The notes below the pieces were generated by a model. It was not told the origin of the DNA. It did no database searches and saw nothing but the letters and a program-made list of their open reading frames with translations. Position numbers and translations under genes: made by a program. From assembly GCA_964469175.1 (NCBI GenBank), contig CAYXXY010000014.1, positions 3,419 to 67,418 of the forward strand: DNA of 64,000 nucleotides, given 5' to 3'. Below, piece after piece: positions 39,035 to 48,662 of the stretch; the first letter of the stretch is position 1; each line of letters begins with the position of its first letter. The DNA is from an uncultured Flavobacteriaceae bacterium (GTDB taxonomy: Bacteria > Bacteroidota > Bacteroidia > Flavobacteriales > Flavobacteriaceae).

Positions 39035-39919
39035 CTAAGAAGGGTTGTTTTTCTTTTTAAAAGGATACACCACCTGCTTCCCAAAATCCTCGGGAAAGTC
39101 ATCGTCGCCGTGAAAACCAAGTTCAATTTCTTTTCCGTCTTCGGGGATATATGCCGTTTTAAACAGGTAATCCCATATACTTAACGAAAGACCGAAATTC
39201 ATTCCGTAGGGGTGTTCTTTTGGAAGCTCTTTAGCGTGATGCCAGATGTGCATTTTTGGGTTGTTGAATATATAGCCAAAAACACCATAACCCCAACCCA
39301 CATTTGCGTGATTCAAATGTCCGACAAATACACCAAACATATGCACGATAAAAAATTCCTGTATGCCAAAGCCAATCATCGCCAGTGGCACATATTGCAC
39401 GGTTTTGTAAATGATGGTTTCCATAAAATGAAACCTGAAATGGGCTGCAAACCCCATCTCCTTGACACTGTGGTGTACTTTGTGAAACTCCCACAGCCAG
39501 GGGCGCAGATGTAATTGCCGGTGCACATTCCATTGAATAAAGTCGGCGATGATAAACATAATGAGCAGTTGTGCCCAAAGCGGAAAAGTTTGCACGTTTA
39601 TGGCAACGATGTTGGTAATTCCAAACATGCCCAGAAAATCGTTAAATAGTTCTACACCAATATTCGAAATGGCATTGTAGCCTATCAGGGAAAACAGGAA
39701 AAAATTAAAAACAATATAAAAACTGTCGAGCCAAAAACCTTTCCGGAATATTTTCTGATTTTTACGCCAGGGAATAATGATTTCAATGACCCAAACCAAA
39801 AGCGATAAAGCGATTAACCAATAGAAGTAATTGTTCCAGGAAGGGTTTGAAATTTCATAAACCAGATAGTTGTAGTACCCTGCAAAAGATTCTTTAGCGA
39901 TGTGTATGTATTTTTCCAA
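39035..39919 (-). CDS. sterol desaturase / fatty-acid hydroxylase family membrane protein
   Basis: 294 aa. Histidine boxes HRQLH, HKVHH and HIWHH. Its stop abuts the A2M stop. Confidence 0.85.
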   Translation of the reverse strand: MEKYIHIAKESFAGYYNYLVYEISNPSWNNYFYWLIALSLLVWVIEIIIPWRKNQKIFRKGFWLDSFYIVFNFFLFSLIGYNAISNIGVELFNDFLGMFGITNIVAINVQTFPLWAQLLIMFIIADFIQWNVHRQLHLRPWLWEFHKVHHSVKEMGFAAHFRFHFMETIIYKTVQYVPLAMIGFGIQEFFIVHMFGVFVGHLNHANVGWGYGVFGYIFNNPKMHIWHHAKELPKEHPYGMNFGLSLSIWDYLFKTAYIPEDGKEIELGFHGDDDFPEDFGKQVVYPFKKKNNPS

Positions 39920-39986
39920 CTCACAAAAATTTTGTCAAAATTACACAAACAGCACTTTTTTTAAAGTAACACAGGTTACAAACAAT

Positions 39987-40946
39987 TTAGAGTTTAGAAT
40001 CCAAATCGGCAATGGTGTTGGTAATAAACTGAACAACATTGTGGTAGAAGTCTTGCGGGATTTTATCAAATGTGTCAGACGGTTTGTGGTAGTCGTCATG
40101 GTCTTCAACACCAAAATACAAAAATGGTATGTTGTTTCTGTAAAAGTGAAAATGGTCAGACTGTGTGGTCCAATTGCTTTTTCCGTCAAGGCCGTCGTGC
40201 CCAAGATTTACTTTTATGGGCAAAGCATCTTCAGGTATTGAATTAAAGTACTCTCGTAAAGTAGAAGTGAACCGAGTGCCGGCAACATAGATTTCGTTAT
40301 TGTCATTCCGGCTAATCATGTCCATATTGATGTTGAGCAGGATGTTTTTATCGCCTTTGTTTTCCACATAATATTTTGCACCCTGTAGGCCCAGTTCTTC
40401 AGCATCCAATGCTAAAAATATCAAAGAGTTTTTTGGCGGGTTTTCCTTAAAATAGTTGGCAATCACCATAAGGGCTGCTGTACCGGAAGCATTGTCGTCT
40501 GCACCGTTGTATATTGAATCACCTGCTATGGGTTTGCCAACACCTTCGTGGTCATAATGTGCAGTAATAGCAATATATCGCTCAGGATTTTCAGTTCCTT
40601 TGATAGTGACAATTATATTGGTGGCATCATACTCCTTATTTCTCCTGCTGAACGAAAAAGGCTGTAAAACAACTTCCAAGTCATTTGATTTAAAATAATC
40701 TACAATATAGTTTCTGGCTTTAATATTTCCGGGTTCTCCGGTTCTTCTACCCATAAGTTTGTCTGATGACAAAAATTCCAAATGACCAAGGACCTCTTCT
40801 TTTGAAATATTACTTCCGTCAAAGCCCACTATGTTTTGAAAATTTGTTGATTTGAGGTCTAAGGGAAGTTTCTGTGGTAAATCCTGTGCAGTTGAATTCC
40901 ACGTAAACAAAAGAAATATAAAACCGGATACAAACTTTAATGGCAT
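39987..40946 (-). CDS. secreted M28 family metallopeptidase
   Basis: 319 aa. Signal peptide ending NSTAQ. AHYDHEG, GADDNASG and DAEELGLQG. Confidence 0.85.
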   Translation of the reverse strand: MPLKFVSGFIFLLFTWNSTAQDLPQKLPLDLKSTNFQNIVGFDGSNISKEEVLGHLEFLSSDKLMGRRTGEPGNIKARNYIVDYFKSNDLEVVLQPFSFSRRNKEYDATNIIVTIKGTENPERYIAITAHYDHEGVGKPIAGDSIYNGADDNASGTAALMVIANYFKENPPKNSLIFLALDAEELGLQGAKYYVENKGDKNILLNINMDMISRNDNNEIYVAGTRFTSTLREYFNSIPEDALPIKVNLGHDGLDGKSNWTTQSDHFHFYRNNIPFLYFGVEDHDDYHKPSDTFDKIPQDFYHNVVQFITNTIADLDSKL

Positions 40947-41080
40947 TTTAATCGTTTTTTTAATTAATTCCGGCTAAAATACAACTTTACGTAAAGCAAT
41001 TTGTGGCTTGTTTAAAATTATCCCTCCATAAGTTGATTTTAAAAGTATAATTGAGTTATTTTTAGACAGGAAAATGAGTA

Positions 41081-42445
41081 ATGAGAGCGATTAGAATCAA
41101 ACCCATTAGAAGAATAACTTATCTGCAATTGCTGTTGCTGCATATTGGCATTGCATTTTCTGTGTATCTCTTTCCTTTTTCCTCAAAAATTATTTACCTG
41201 TTTACGGTTGCTTTTTTCTTTTTCCTGATTGTTTCCAAAAGCAATAAGAATGATGAGGCATTACTGGCAGCAGCTTATGTAACGGGTGCTGAGTTGTTTT
41301 TTAGGATGACCGGAGGTGCATTTTTTTATGAGTCAGGTAAATATTTGGTGATAGCCTATCTATTGCTCGGACTTTTTTATAAAGGTGCATCTAAGCGTAC
41401 CCTTCCTTTTTGGATATATCTCTTTTTGCTTATGCCGGGTATTTTGTTTTCGGCTATCAACCTCAACTATGAAACGAATATCAGAACTGCCATAGCGTTT
41501 AACTTGAGTGGTCCCATTACGGTTGGTATAGTAGGCATTTATTGCTTTTTTAGAAAGATTTCTGCAGAAAGAATCCATCATATCTTCCTTGCTGTTTTGT
41601 TGCCCATTATCGCTCTAACATTTTATTTATTTATCTTCACACCAAGTATAAAGGATGCTCTTAGTGGAACAGCTTCAAATGTCGCTGCTTCAGGTGGTTT
41701 TGGTCCAAATCAGGTATCAACCATCATGGGACTTGGTGCTATTATTCTATTTATCAGGTTATTTAGTATTCAAAGTAGATTTATCAATATTATAGACATA
41801 ATATTATTGTCATTTGTCTGCTATAGAGGTTTAGTGACGTTTTCTCGAGGGGGTATGATAAGCGCCTTAATTTGCTGCATTGCTTTTTTAATTGTTTTTT
41901 TCTATAAGTCTGATGCATTGACTAAAGCCAAACTGATGCCTCGAATTGTTGGAATTGCTTTTGCCTTAATTATCACCTGGTTGTTTACCTCTGTTCAGAC
42001 TTACGGATTGCTGAATTTAAGATATAGCAATCAGGATGCGGCGGGAAGGGTGAAAGAAGATATCACTACCGGTAGGGCTGAACTAATAGCAACTGAAATG
42101 GATGCTTTTTTTAATGCACCACTAACAGGAATTGGAATCGGTAAAATAAAAGAATTTAGGGAAGAAATAACTGGAGTCTCTGCTGCAACTCATAACGAAC
42201 TTAGCAGGTTGCTCTCTGAACATGGAATGCCAGGCCTGCTAGCGCTTATTATTATTGTGTTTAGTCCACTAATCTATTGGCTGTTTTACAGACCCAATGT
42301 TTACTTCTTTGCATTTTACTTTTTTTGGCTGCTTACTATCAGTCACTCATCAATGAGGTTAGCCGCACCGGGTTTTATTTATGGACTTTGTCTATTATAC
42401 ATAATTCATGAAAAAAATACTCTACATAGGAAACAAGCTCAATAA
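41081..42445 (+). CDS. O-antigen ligase / Wzy_C family polytopic membrane protein
   Basis: 454 aa with about 10-12 TM helices and a periplasmic loop carrying the Wzy_C-like FSRGGM...HNELSRLLSEHG. Confidence 0.75.
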   Translation: MRAIRIKPIRRITYLQLLLLHIGIAFSVYLFPFSSKIIYLFTVAFFFFLIVSKSNKNDEALLAAAYVTGAELFFRMTGGAFFYESGKYLVIAYLLLGLFYKGASKRTLPFWIYLFLLMPGILFSAINLNYETNIRTAIAFNLSGPITVGIVGIYCFFRKISAERIHHIFLAVLLPIIALTFYLFIFTPSIKDALSGTASNVAASGGFGPNQVSTIMGLGAIILFIRLFSIQSRFINIIDIILLSFVCYRGLVTFSRGGMISALICCIAFLIVFFYKSDALTKAKLMPRIVGIAFALIITWLFTSVQTYGLLNLRYSNQDAAGRVKEDITTGRAELIATEMDAFFNAPLTGIGIGKIKEFREEITGVSAATHNELSRLLSEHGMPGLLALIIIVFSPLIYWLFYRPNVYFFAFYFFWLLTISHSSMRLAAPGFIYGLCLLYIIHEKNTLHRKQAQ

Positions 42446-43418
42446 CAAAAGTAGCACTGTCACATCTATTGATACACTGGGCTTGCTATTAAAAAAGGAA
42501 GGCTATTTAGTTGAAAGTTATTCAAGTAAAAAAAATAAATTAATTAGACTTTTTGATATGTGTCTGGCAGTTTTTAAAAACAGAAGCAATACAGACATTG
42601 CTCTAATTGACACTTATAGTACCCAAAATTTTTATTACGCGTTTTTTGTTGGTGGAATTTGTAAATGGCTATCCATTCCCTATATTCTTATATTGCACGG
42701 AGGTAATTTGCCTGAACGTTTAAAAAACAACAAACGCCTTAGTGATTTCTTATTCAAAAACTCTAAAAAAAACGTTTCACCTTCTAAATATTTACTAAAG
42801 GTGTTTGATGATTTTGGTTATACTAATGTAATTTATATTCCTAATACAATCGAAATAAAAACCTATTCCTTTTTAAATAGAGCCATAGAACCAAAATTAC
42901 TTTGGGTTAGGTCTTTTTCAGAAATATACAATCCTATGATGGCATTGAAAGTTGTTGAGCAACTCTTGCCTCAATTTCCACAGACCAAGCTTTGTATGGT
43001 AGGGCCTGAAAAAGACGGTTCGCTTCAGAAATGTAAAGCTTACGCGAAAAAAAAAGGTTTACCGGTTACTTTTACAGGAAAACTTGAAAAAGAAGATTGG
43101 ATATCACTTTCTGAAAACTATTCCATTTTTATTAATACCACAAATTTTGACAACACACCAGTAAGTGTTATTGAGGCTATGGCTTTGGGGTTGCCGGTCG
43201 TTTCTACAAATGTTGGAGGAATTCCCTTTCTTCTTGATCACAATGAAGATGCTTTGCTTGTTGGACAAAATAATATTGTTGAATTTTCAATTGCTGTCCA
43301 AAAAATATTGTTAAGTCAAGAATTGGCTCACAAACTCACTATCAATGCAAGGAAAAAGGCTGAATCTTTTGATTGGGAAAAAGTTAAACATTATTGGTTT
43401 AAATTATTAGACGAATAA
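42408..43418 (+). CDS. glycosyltransferase family 4 (GT-B)
   Basis: 336 aa. The C-terminal EX7E-like region VIEAMALGLPVVSTNVGG...E. It overlaps the upstream gene by 38 nt. Confidence 0.85.
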   Translation: MKKILYIGNKLNNKSSTVTSIDTLGLLLKKEGYLVESYSSKKNKLIRLFDMCLAVFKNRSNTDIALIDTYSTQNFYYAFFVGGICKWLSIPYILILHGGNLPERLKNNKRLSDFLFKNSKKNVSPSKYLLKVFDDFGYTNVIYIPNTIEIKTYSFLNRAIEPKLLWVRSFSEIYNPMMALKVVEQLLPQFPQTKLCMVGPEKDGSLQKCKAYAKKKGLPVTFTGKLEKEDWISLSENYSIFINTTNFDNTPVSVIEAMALGLPVVSTNVGGIPFLLDHNEDALLVGQNNIVEFSIAVQKILLSQELAHKLTINARKKAESFDWEKVKHYWFKLLDE

Positions 43419-43451
43419 GTTGTATTTTTAAATCCCAAATCAACGAAATAC

Positions 43452-44840
43452 ATGACAAAGACTTCAAAAATCCATTTTGAGATTTCTGAACGAAAAGTGC
43501 TTTTACGAATATTGGACATCGTAACAGTATTTCTTGTTTTGTATGGAGTGGGCGTTTTATTTGTTTTTGATTACTTTAAAATAGCTGATGACCGATGGGA
43601 GTGGTTGATTGTTTTAGCATTGTACTTGTCAATTTTCGGGACTATTTTTGAACTATATGATCTTCAAAAAGCCAGCAAAATAGATATTGTTTTTAAAAAT
43701 ATCGTACTCACAAGCTCTTTAACTGTTTTATTTTACTTGCTCACACCATTTTATACGCCACAGCTACCAGGTAATCGCTTGCAAATTATCTACTTCTTTT
43801 TGGCAATAGTCATAGCTTTGTTTTTATGGCGATTGGCATATATAACATTCATCTCTTCGCCAAGGTTTTATAAGCGGATTTTGATAATAGGAAATTCTGC
43901 TAATGCAAGAATAATGACTGACGCTATTGAGAAATCTGATCCCAATTATAAAGTTATTGGGTTTTTAAATACCGGGAAAGAAATGACCTTTGAAGATTCT
44001 GAACTTCTTGAGTTTAAATCAAATGACTTAAAAAAAATATTAGTTGAAAATTCAATATCAGAAATAATCGTTGCTGGAAATTTAACCAAAAGACTATCAA
44101 TACAAACTTACAATCAACTATTAGACCTTCTTGAGAAAGGCTTTTCAATCAAGGAATATACACAAGTTTATGAAGATTTAACACAACGTGTGCCTGTGCA
44201 TCATGTAGATAAAGATTTTTACAGGTATTTTCCTTTTAGCAGAAGTAATCAAAATAAACTTTATCTTTTTTTTCACCGAATTATGGATGTTGTATTATCA
44301 ATAATAGGTTTATTAATTGGACTTGTAATATTTCCATTTATTCTTTTCGGAAACCTTCTTGGCAATCGAGGCCCTTTACTTTATTTCCAGGAAAGGGTTG
44401 GTAAAAACGGAAAATCTTTTTTTATCATTAAGTTTAGAACAATGGTGAAAAATGCAGAAAAGCACGGTGCTGAATGGTCCACAGAAGGTGATACAAGGGT
44501 AACAAAGTTTGGAAGAATTTTAAGAAAAAGCCGACTTGATGAAATACCGCAATTTATAAATATTTTGAAAGGAGATATGAGCGTAATAGGCCCAAGACCA
44601 GAGCGCCCGGTTTTTGTTAAAGAGCTTTCTGAAGAAATCCCTTTTTATGAAATCAGGCACATTATTAAGCCCGGATTAACAGGCTGGGCACAAGTGAAAA
44701 GTAATTATGCAGCATCAAAAGAAGATGCTCTTGAGAAATTACAATATGACTTGTATTACATCAAAAAACGCAGTGTTTTTCTGGATATAAATATTTTAAT
44801 AAAAACACTAAGCACAATATTATTTTACCGAGGACATTAA
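43452..44840 (+). CDS. polyprenyl glycosylphosphotransferase (WbaP/EpsB-like, TM + CoA-binding-like + sugar transferase domain)
   Basis: 462 aa. Four N-terminal TM helices, and C-terminal DEIPQFINILKGDMSVIGPRPERP. Confidence 0.9.
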   Translation: MTKTSKIHFEISERKVLLRILDIVTVFLVLYGVGVLFVFDYFKIADDRWEWLIVLALYLSIFGTIFELYDLQKASKIDIVFKNIVLTSSLTVLFYLLTPFYTPQLPGNRLQIIYFFLAIVIALFLWRLAYITFISSPRFYKRILIIGNSANARIMTDAIEKSDPNYKVIGFLNTGKEMTFEDSELLEFKSNDLKKILVENSISEIIVAGNLTKRLSIQTYNQLLDLLEKGFSIKEYTQVYEDLTQRVPVHHVDKDFYRYFPFSRSNQNKLYLFFHRIMDVVLSIIGLLIGLVIFPFILFGNLLGNRGPLLYFQERVGKNGKSFFIIKFRTMVKNAEKHGAEWSTEGDTRVTKFGRILRKSRLDEIPQFINILKGDMSVIGPRPERPVFVKELSEEIPFYEIRHIIKPGLTGWAQVKSNYAASKEDALEKLQYDLYYIKKRSVFLDINILIKTLSTILFYRGH

Positions 44841-45022
44841 TAATGAATATGTTATGATTATTTATAAAAATGTTGAAGAAATAAATTGTGTTAAATATTG
44901 AAATTTTGAAGCATTGAATTCGATTTTTTACTAAATTGTGTTGGTTAAACTAAAACTACTTGCCTATTAAACACATATACTCTAGTTAATTTATTTAAAA
45001 TTATTCTAATACCATTTATACT

Positions 45023-45220
45023 ATGGCTAGAGCAATGTTTGATTACACCAAAGCTGTACTTGCAAAAGTTAGTTTTGACGCAAACCTCTTTTGCAAAGAA
45101 CTTCAAAAAGCATTAAAGCGATTACTCCCTTATGAAATTGAGGAGTTGAAAGTTTGGGTAAATTCACTTATTAAGCAAAACCCCGAACTTGATCAATGTT
45201 TAATTTATTTAAAGCCATAG
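45023..45220 (+). CDS. hypothetical 65-aa helical protein
   Basis: An isolated ORF with an ATG start, flanked by about 180 and 95 nt of non-coding DNA. No recognisable motif. Confidence 0.4.
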   Translation: MARAMFDYTKAVLAKVSFDANLFCKELQKALKRLLPYEIEELKVWVNSLIKQNPELDQCLIYLKP

Positions 45221-45315
45221 AGCTTTAAACTTATTTAGCTTCCTAAACTGTTGGTTACAGTGTTTCGGTTGGTTTTAAGTGTTAATGAAATTTTCCCATT
45301 TTTTGTCACAACGGT

Positions 45316-46269
45316 TTAGGAAGCTTGTTTTTTGTTTTTCAACGGGCTTATGATTTTTACATCCTGAAAAGCAATTGCTCCACGAATTACTCCTGAGATC
45401 ACACTGTAAAGCGCATCGACAATCTGAAGTTTAAGTTCGCTTTTATGTTGCAATAAACTCACCTCTCTTGCCGGTGCCGGTTCTTTAAAATAATGCAGAT
45501 ACTTTTTCTCTTTTTCCTTAATATCAAGTGTGTGCAGAAATGGCAAAAGTGTCATACCCAAACCTTCATTGGCGAGCTTGATGAGTGTTTCAAAACTGCC
45601 GCTTTCAAGTTGAAATTTGTCAATTTCAGATCTATTGGAGACTTTGCAAAGATTGATTACACCATCCCTAAAACAGTGTCCGTCCTCAAGTAAGAGTATA
45701 TCGTCAATATCCAAATCGGAAATCGTAATGTCTTTTTTTGAAAAAAGCCGGTGGTTTTCTGTGATATATGCTACAAAGGGTTCATAATACAACACACGTT
45801 CCTTGATAGAATCATTGAGTAGAGGGGTAGCTGCAATAGCAGCATCCAGATGCCCCTCGTTTAATCGTTTGATACATTCCTCGGTGTTTAATTCTTCAAT
45901 TTTTAAATGCACTTTGGGATGGCGGTTGTTAAATGCTTTTAAAAACATAGGGAGCAGGGTGGGCATCACAGTTGGGATGATTCCCAACCTGAATTCACCT
46001 CCCACAAAGCCTTTCTGCTGGTCAACAATATCCTGCATCCGTTCTGCTTCATTGACAATCTTTCGGGCTTGATCAACTATTGTTTTGCCTATATCGGTTA
46101 GTTTTAATGGCTTGGTGCTCCTGTCAAAAATAAGGATATCGAGTTCTTCTTCAAGTTTTTGTATTTGCATACTGAGCGTGGGCTGGGTCACAAAAGTTTT
46201 CTCAGCTGCTTTTGTAAAGTTTTGATGTTCTGCCACCATCAAAACATATTTCAATTGGGTAATGGTCAT
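45316..46269 (-). CDS. oxyR: LysR-family redox sensor OxyR
   Basis: 317 aa. N-terminal wHTH (FTKAAEKTFVTQPTLSMQIQKLE) and the OxyR Cys pair in LEDGHCFRDGVINLC (C-x8-C). Confidence 0.85.
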   Translation of the reverse strand: MTITQLKYVLMVAEHQNFTKAAEKTFVTQPTLSMQIQKLEEELDILIFDRSTKPLKLTDIGKTIVDQARKIVNEAERMQDIVDQQKGFVGGEFRLGIIPTVMPTLLPMFLKAFNNRHPKVHLKIEELNTEECIKRLNEGHLDAAIAATPLLNDSIKERVLYYEPFVAYITENHRLFSKKDITISDLDIDDILLLEDGHCFRDGVINLCKVSNRSEIDKFQLESGSFETLIKLANEGLGMTLLPFLHTLDIKEKEKKYLHYFKEPAPAREVSLLQHKSELKLQIVDALYSVISGVIRGAIAFQDVKIISPLKNKKQAS

Positions 46270-46302
46270 GGTATTTGTTTTGCTGATGTAAATTTAAAAA
46301 TA

Positions 46303-46321
46303 TTATAAGAATATCTTATAA
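46303..46321. promoter_or_regulatory. inverted repeat TTATAAGA-N3-TCTTATAA in the 62-nt gap upstream of oxyR
   Basis: 8-bp perfect arms. LTTR-box-like (T-N11-A) geometry. Candidate OxyR autoregulatory operator. Confidence 0.35.
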
Positions 46322-46331
46322 AAAAAACATT

Positions 46332-47663
46332 CTAAATCATTCCCCTGGCTTTGATTTCCAGATATTTGTTGATGGTGTTTATTGTAAGGTCTTCGGGGGA
46401 GGTGAGTACGGTTTGTATGCCTTTCTGTTGCAACTCTTTAACTATAAGTTTTTTGTCGTGCTGAAATTGTTGTGCAATGGTGCTTTCATATATCTCAGTG
46501 AGATTTTCGGCTTTTTTTTCTGCCAACTTAGCCAATTCTGTATTCTCAAAAAAAATGACAACCAACACGTGTTTTTTGGCTATGGCCTGAAGGTATTTTA
46601 GCTGTCTTTGAAGTGAAGAAATATGCTCAAAATTGGTATAAAGCATAATCAGGCTTCGGTGATTGATGTTTCTTTTTATGGTTGCCTGTAACAATCCAAA
46701 ATCAGAATCCAGAAAATTGGTATTTAAATTGTAAAGGGTTTCCAATATGGTGTTTAAATAAGTGCGTTTTGCCTGTGCAGGGATTATTTTGTGAATCTTA
46801 TTTGAAAACTGAACAACTCCCACTTTATCACCCTTTTTAAGGGCAATATTTGAAAAAGCAAGCGTGCTGTTGATGGCATAATCAAGTAATTTCAACTCGT
46901 TGAATGGCATTTTCATTACCCTTCCGGAGTCGATGATGGAGTAAATGGGCTGCATTTTTTCATCCTGGTACTGATTGACCATTAAATGTGATTTCTTGGC
47001 CGTGGCTTTCCAGTTGATCGAGCGGATGTCATCACCGGAAACATATTCCTTGATTTGTTCAAACTCCATAGTGTGGCCAATGCGCCTGATTTTTTTCAAG
47101 CCCAGAAAACTTAATTTACTGTCCATGGCCAGAAAATCATACTTTTTCATTTGAATGAAGGAGGGGTACACCTTCACCATTTGATTGTAATTGAAGCGGT
47201 TTCTTCTTTTTACTAATCCGATGGAAGTGGAAACATAGCAATTCAAATTTCCGAAGAAATATTCACCGCGCTCCACAGGCCTTACATCATAAGTAAGGGT
47301 TTTTTGTTGATTGCCGTTGAGGGTGGCTGTCATCAGGAAATCCCTTTTTTGAAATTGGATTGGTAATTCGTCAATAATTTCAACCTGAATTTTAAAATTG
47401 TATTGGTTGTGAAATTTCAATAAAACATAATTGGCATCACTGTTGGAAAATTTTTCGGGAAGGATTCGCTCTCCTTTTAAAGCAGCCGATTTGTAGAGCA
47501 TGGATATTTCGGTTAAAACCAAAACTATAAATGCCAAAACCAATAACCAAACCACACCATAAAACCCCGGAAACCAGTAAGACAGCAGAAACAAAAGTGC
47601 TATTCCGGTCAGGATTTTAAAAAACCTTTCGGTAAGGTATAATGATTTTATGAATTTCAGCAT
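46332..47663 (-). CDS. DUF58 domain protein (vWA-like fold, two N-terminal TM helices)
   Basis: 443 aa. DUF58 signature GDDIRSINWKATAKKSHLMVNQY. Its start abuts the MoxR stop. Confidence 0.85.
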   Translation of the reverse strand: MLKFIKSLYLTERFFKILTGIALLFLLSYWFPGFYGVVWLLVLAFIVLVLTEISMLYKSAALKGERILPEKFSNSDANYVLLKFHNQYNFKIQVEIIDELPIQFQKRDFLMTATLNGNQQKTLTYDVRPVERGEYFFGNLNCYVSTSIGLVKRRNRFNYNQMVKVYPSFIQMKKYDFLAMDSKLSFLGLKKIRRIGHTMEFEQIKEYVSGDDIRSINWKATAKKSHLMVNQYQDEKMQPIYSIIDSGRVMKMPFNELKLLDYAINSTLAFSNIALKKGDKVGVVQFSNKIHKIIPAQAKRTYLNTILETLYNLNTNFLDSDFGLLQATIKRNINHRSLIMLYTNFEHISSLQRQLKYLQAIAKKHVLVVIFFENTELAKLAEKKAENLTEIYESTIAQQFQHDKKLIVKELQQKGIQTVLTSPEDLTINTINKYLEIKARGMI

Positions 47664-48662
47664 TTATCTGGGTATTTCTACAGATTGTGTAATCATTTGA
47701 ATGACTGTTTCTGGGGTCATGCCCTCCATTTCCCTTTCGGGGGAAAGAATGATTCTGTGGTTCAATACCGGATGGAGTGTTTTTTTAATATCATCGGGAA
47801 TGACAAAATCCCTGCCTGCAATGGCGGCATAAGCTTTAGAGGTATTCATAATGGCGATTGATGCCCTGGGAGATCCCCCTAAATATAAATGAGGGTGGTT
47901 TCTTGTTTTGTCGATGATCTGAGCGATGTAATTAAATAATTTTTCGTCAATCAGAATATCCTGAACCTGCAATCTGAATTTTTTTAATTGCTCAACACTA
48001 AGCACGGCCTCAACTTCTGCTTCAGGAAGACTGAGTTTGCGAAGGTCGTGTGACTTTAAAATAATTACTTCCTCTTCAACAGTGGGGTAGCCCACCTTTA
48101 TTTTAAACAAGAAACGGTCGAGTTGTGCCTCGGGCAGGGCATAAGTTCCTTCCTGCTCCAGCGGATTTTGTGTAGCAACCACCATAAACGGATAATCCAT
48201 AATGTATTTTGTACCGTCCATTGTGATTTGGCGTTCTTCCATCACTTCAAAAAGTGCCGACTGAGTTTTTGCGGGGGCCCGGTTGATTTCATCAATCAAC
48301 ACCACACTTGAAAAAACAGGGCCTTTTTTAAACTCAAACTCGGTGGTTTTTGCATTAAAAACTGAGGTTCCCAAAACATCACTGGGCATCAAATCCGGTG
48401 TGAACTGGATGCGGCTGAATTCTGTTTGCAGGGTTTTTGCAAACAATTTTGCGGTGATGGTTTTTGCAATTCCGGGAACACCTTCAATCAAAACGTGGCC
48501 GTTTGCCAAAAGACATACAATGAGTTGTTCAATAAACTCATTTTGACCAATAATCACTTTTCCGAGTTGTGACTTGATGGACTCGACGGCTTCTTTGAGT
48601 TCATCCAATTGGATTCTGTTTCCAAAATTTAGCTCATCATTATTGTTTTCAGGATTTTCCAT
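47664..48662 (-). CDS. MoxR-like AAA+ ATPase
   Basis: 332 aa. Walker A GVPGIAKT, Walker B VLIDEINRA, and ATQNPLEQEGTY-LPEAQLDRF. Confidence 0.95.
   Translation of the reverse strand: MENPENNNDELNFGNRIQLDELKEAVESIKSQLGKVIIGQNEFIEQLIVCLLANGHVLIEGVPGIAKTITAKLFAKTLQTEFSRIQFTPDLMPSDVLGTSVFNAKTTEFEFKKGPVFSSVVLIDEINRAPAKTQSALFEVMEERQITMDGTKYIMDYPFMVVATQNPLEQEGTYALPEAQLDRFLFKIKVGYPTVEEEVIILKSHDLRKLSLPEAEVEAVLSVEQLKKFRLQVQDILIDEKLFNYIAQIIDKTRNHPHLYLGGSPRASIAIMNTSKAYAAIAGRDFVIPDDIKKTLHPVLNHRIILSPEREMEGMTPETVIQMITQSVEIPR

Noticed and set aside
39386-39399. TGGCACATATTGCA, which resembles a sigma-54 -24/-12 promoter.
   Set aside because: The GG-to-GC spacing is 2 nt shorter than the TGGCAC-N5-TTGC consensus. 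It also lies antisense inside a CDS. Other TGGCAC occurrences in the window lack a TTGC at the correct distance.
39212-39578. 100-aa (+) and 115-aa (-) ORFs within the fatty-acid hydroxylase gene.
   Set aside because: They overlap a CDS with three intact histidine boxes. The alternative frames show no recognisable features.
39900-40241. 113-aa (+) and 87-aa (-) ORFs across the hydroxylase/M28 junction.
   Set aside because: They are antisense or shifted relative to the M28 peptidase 3' end, and most of their length is explained by that gene.
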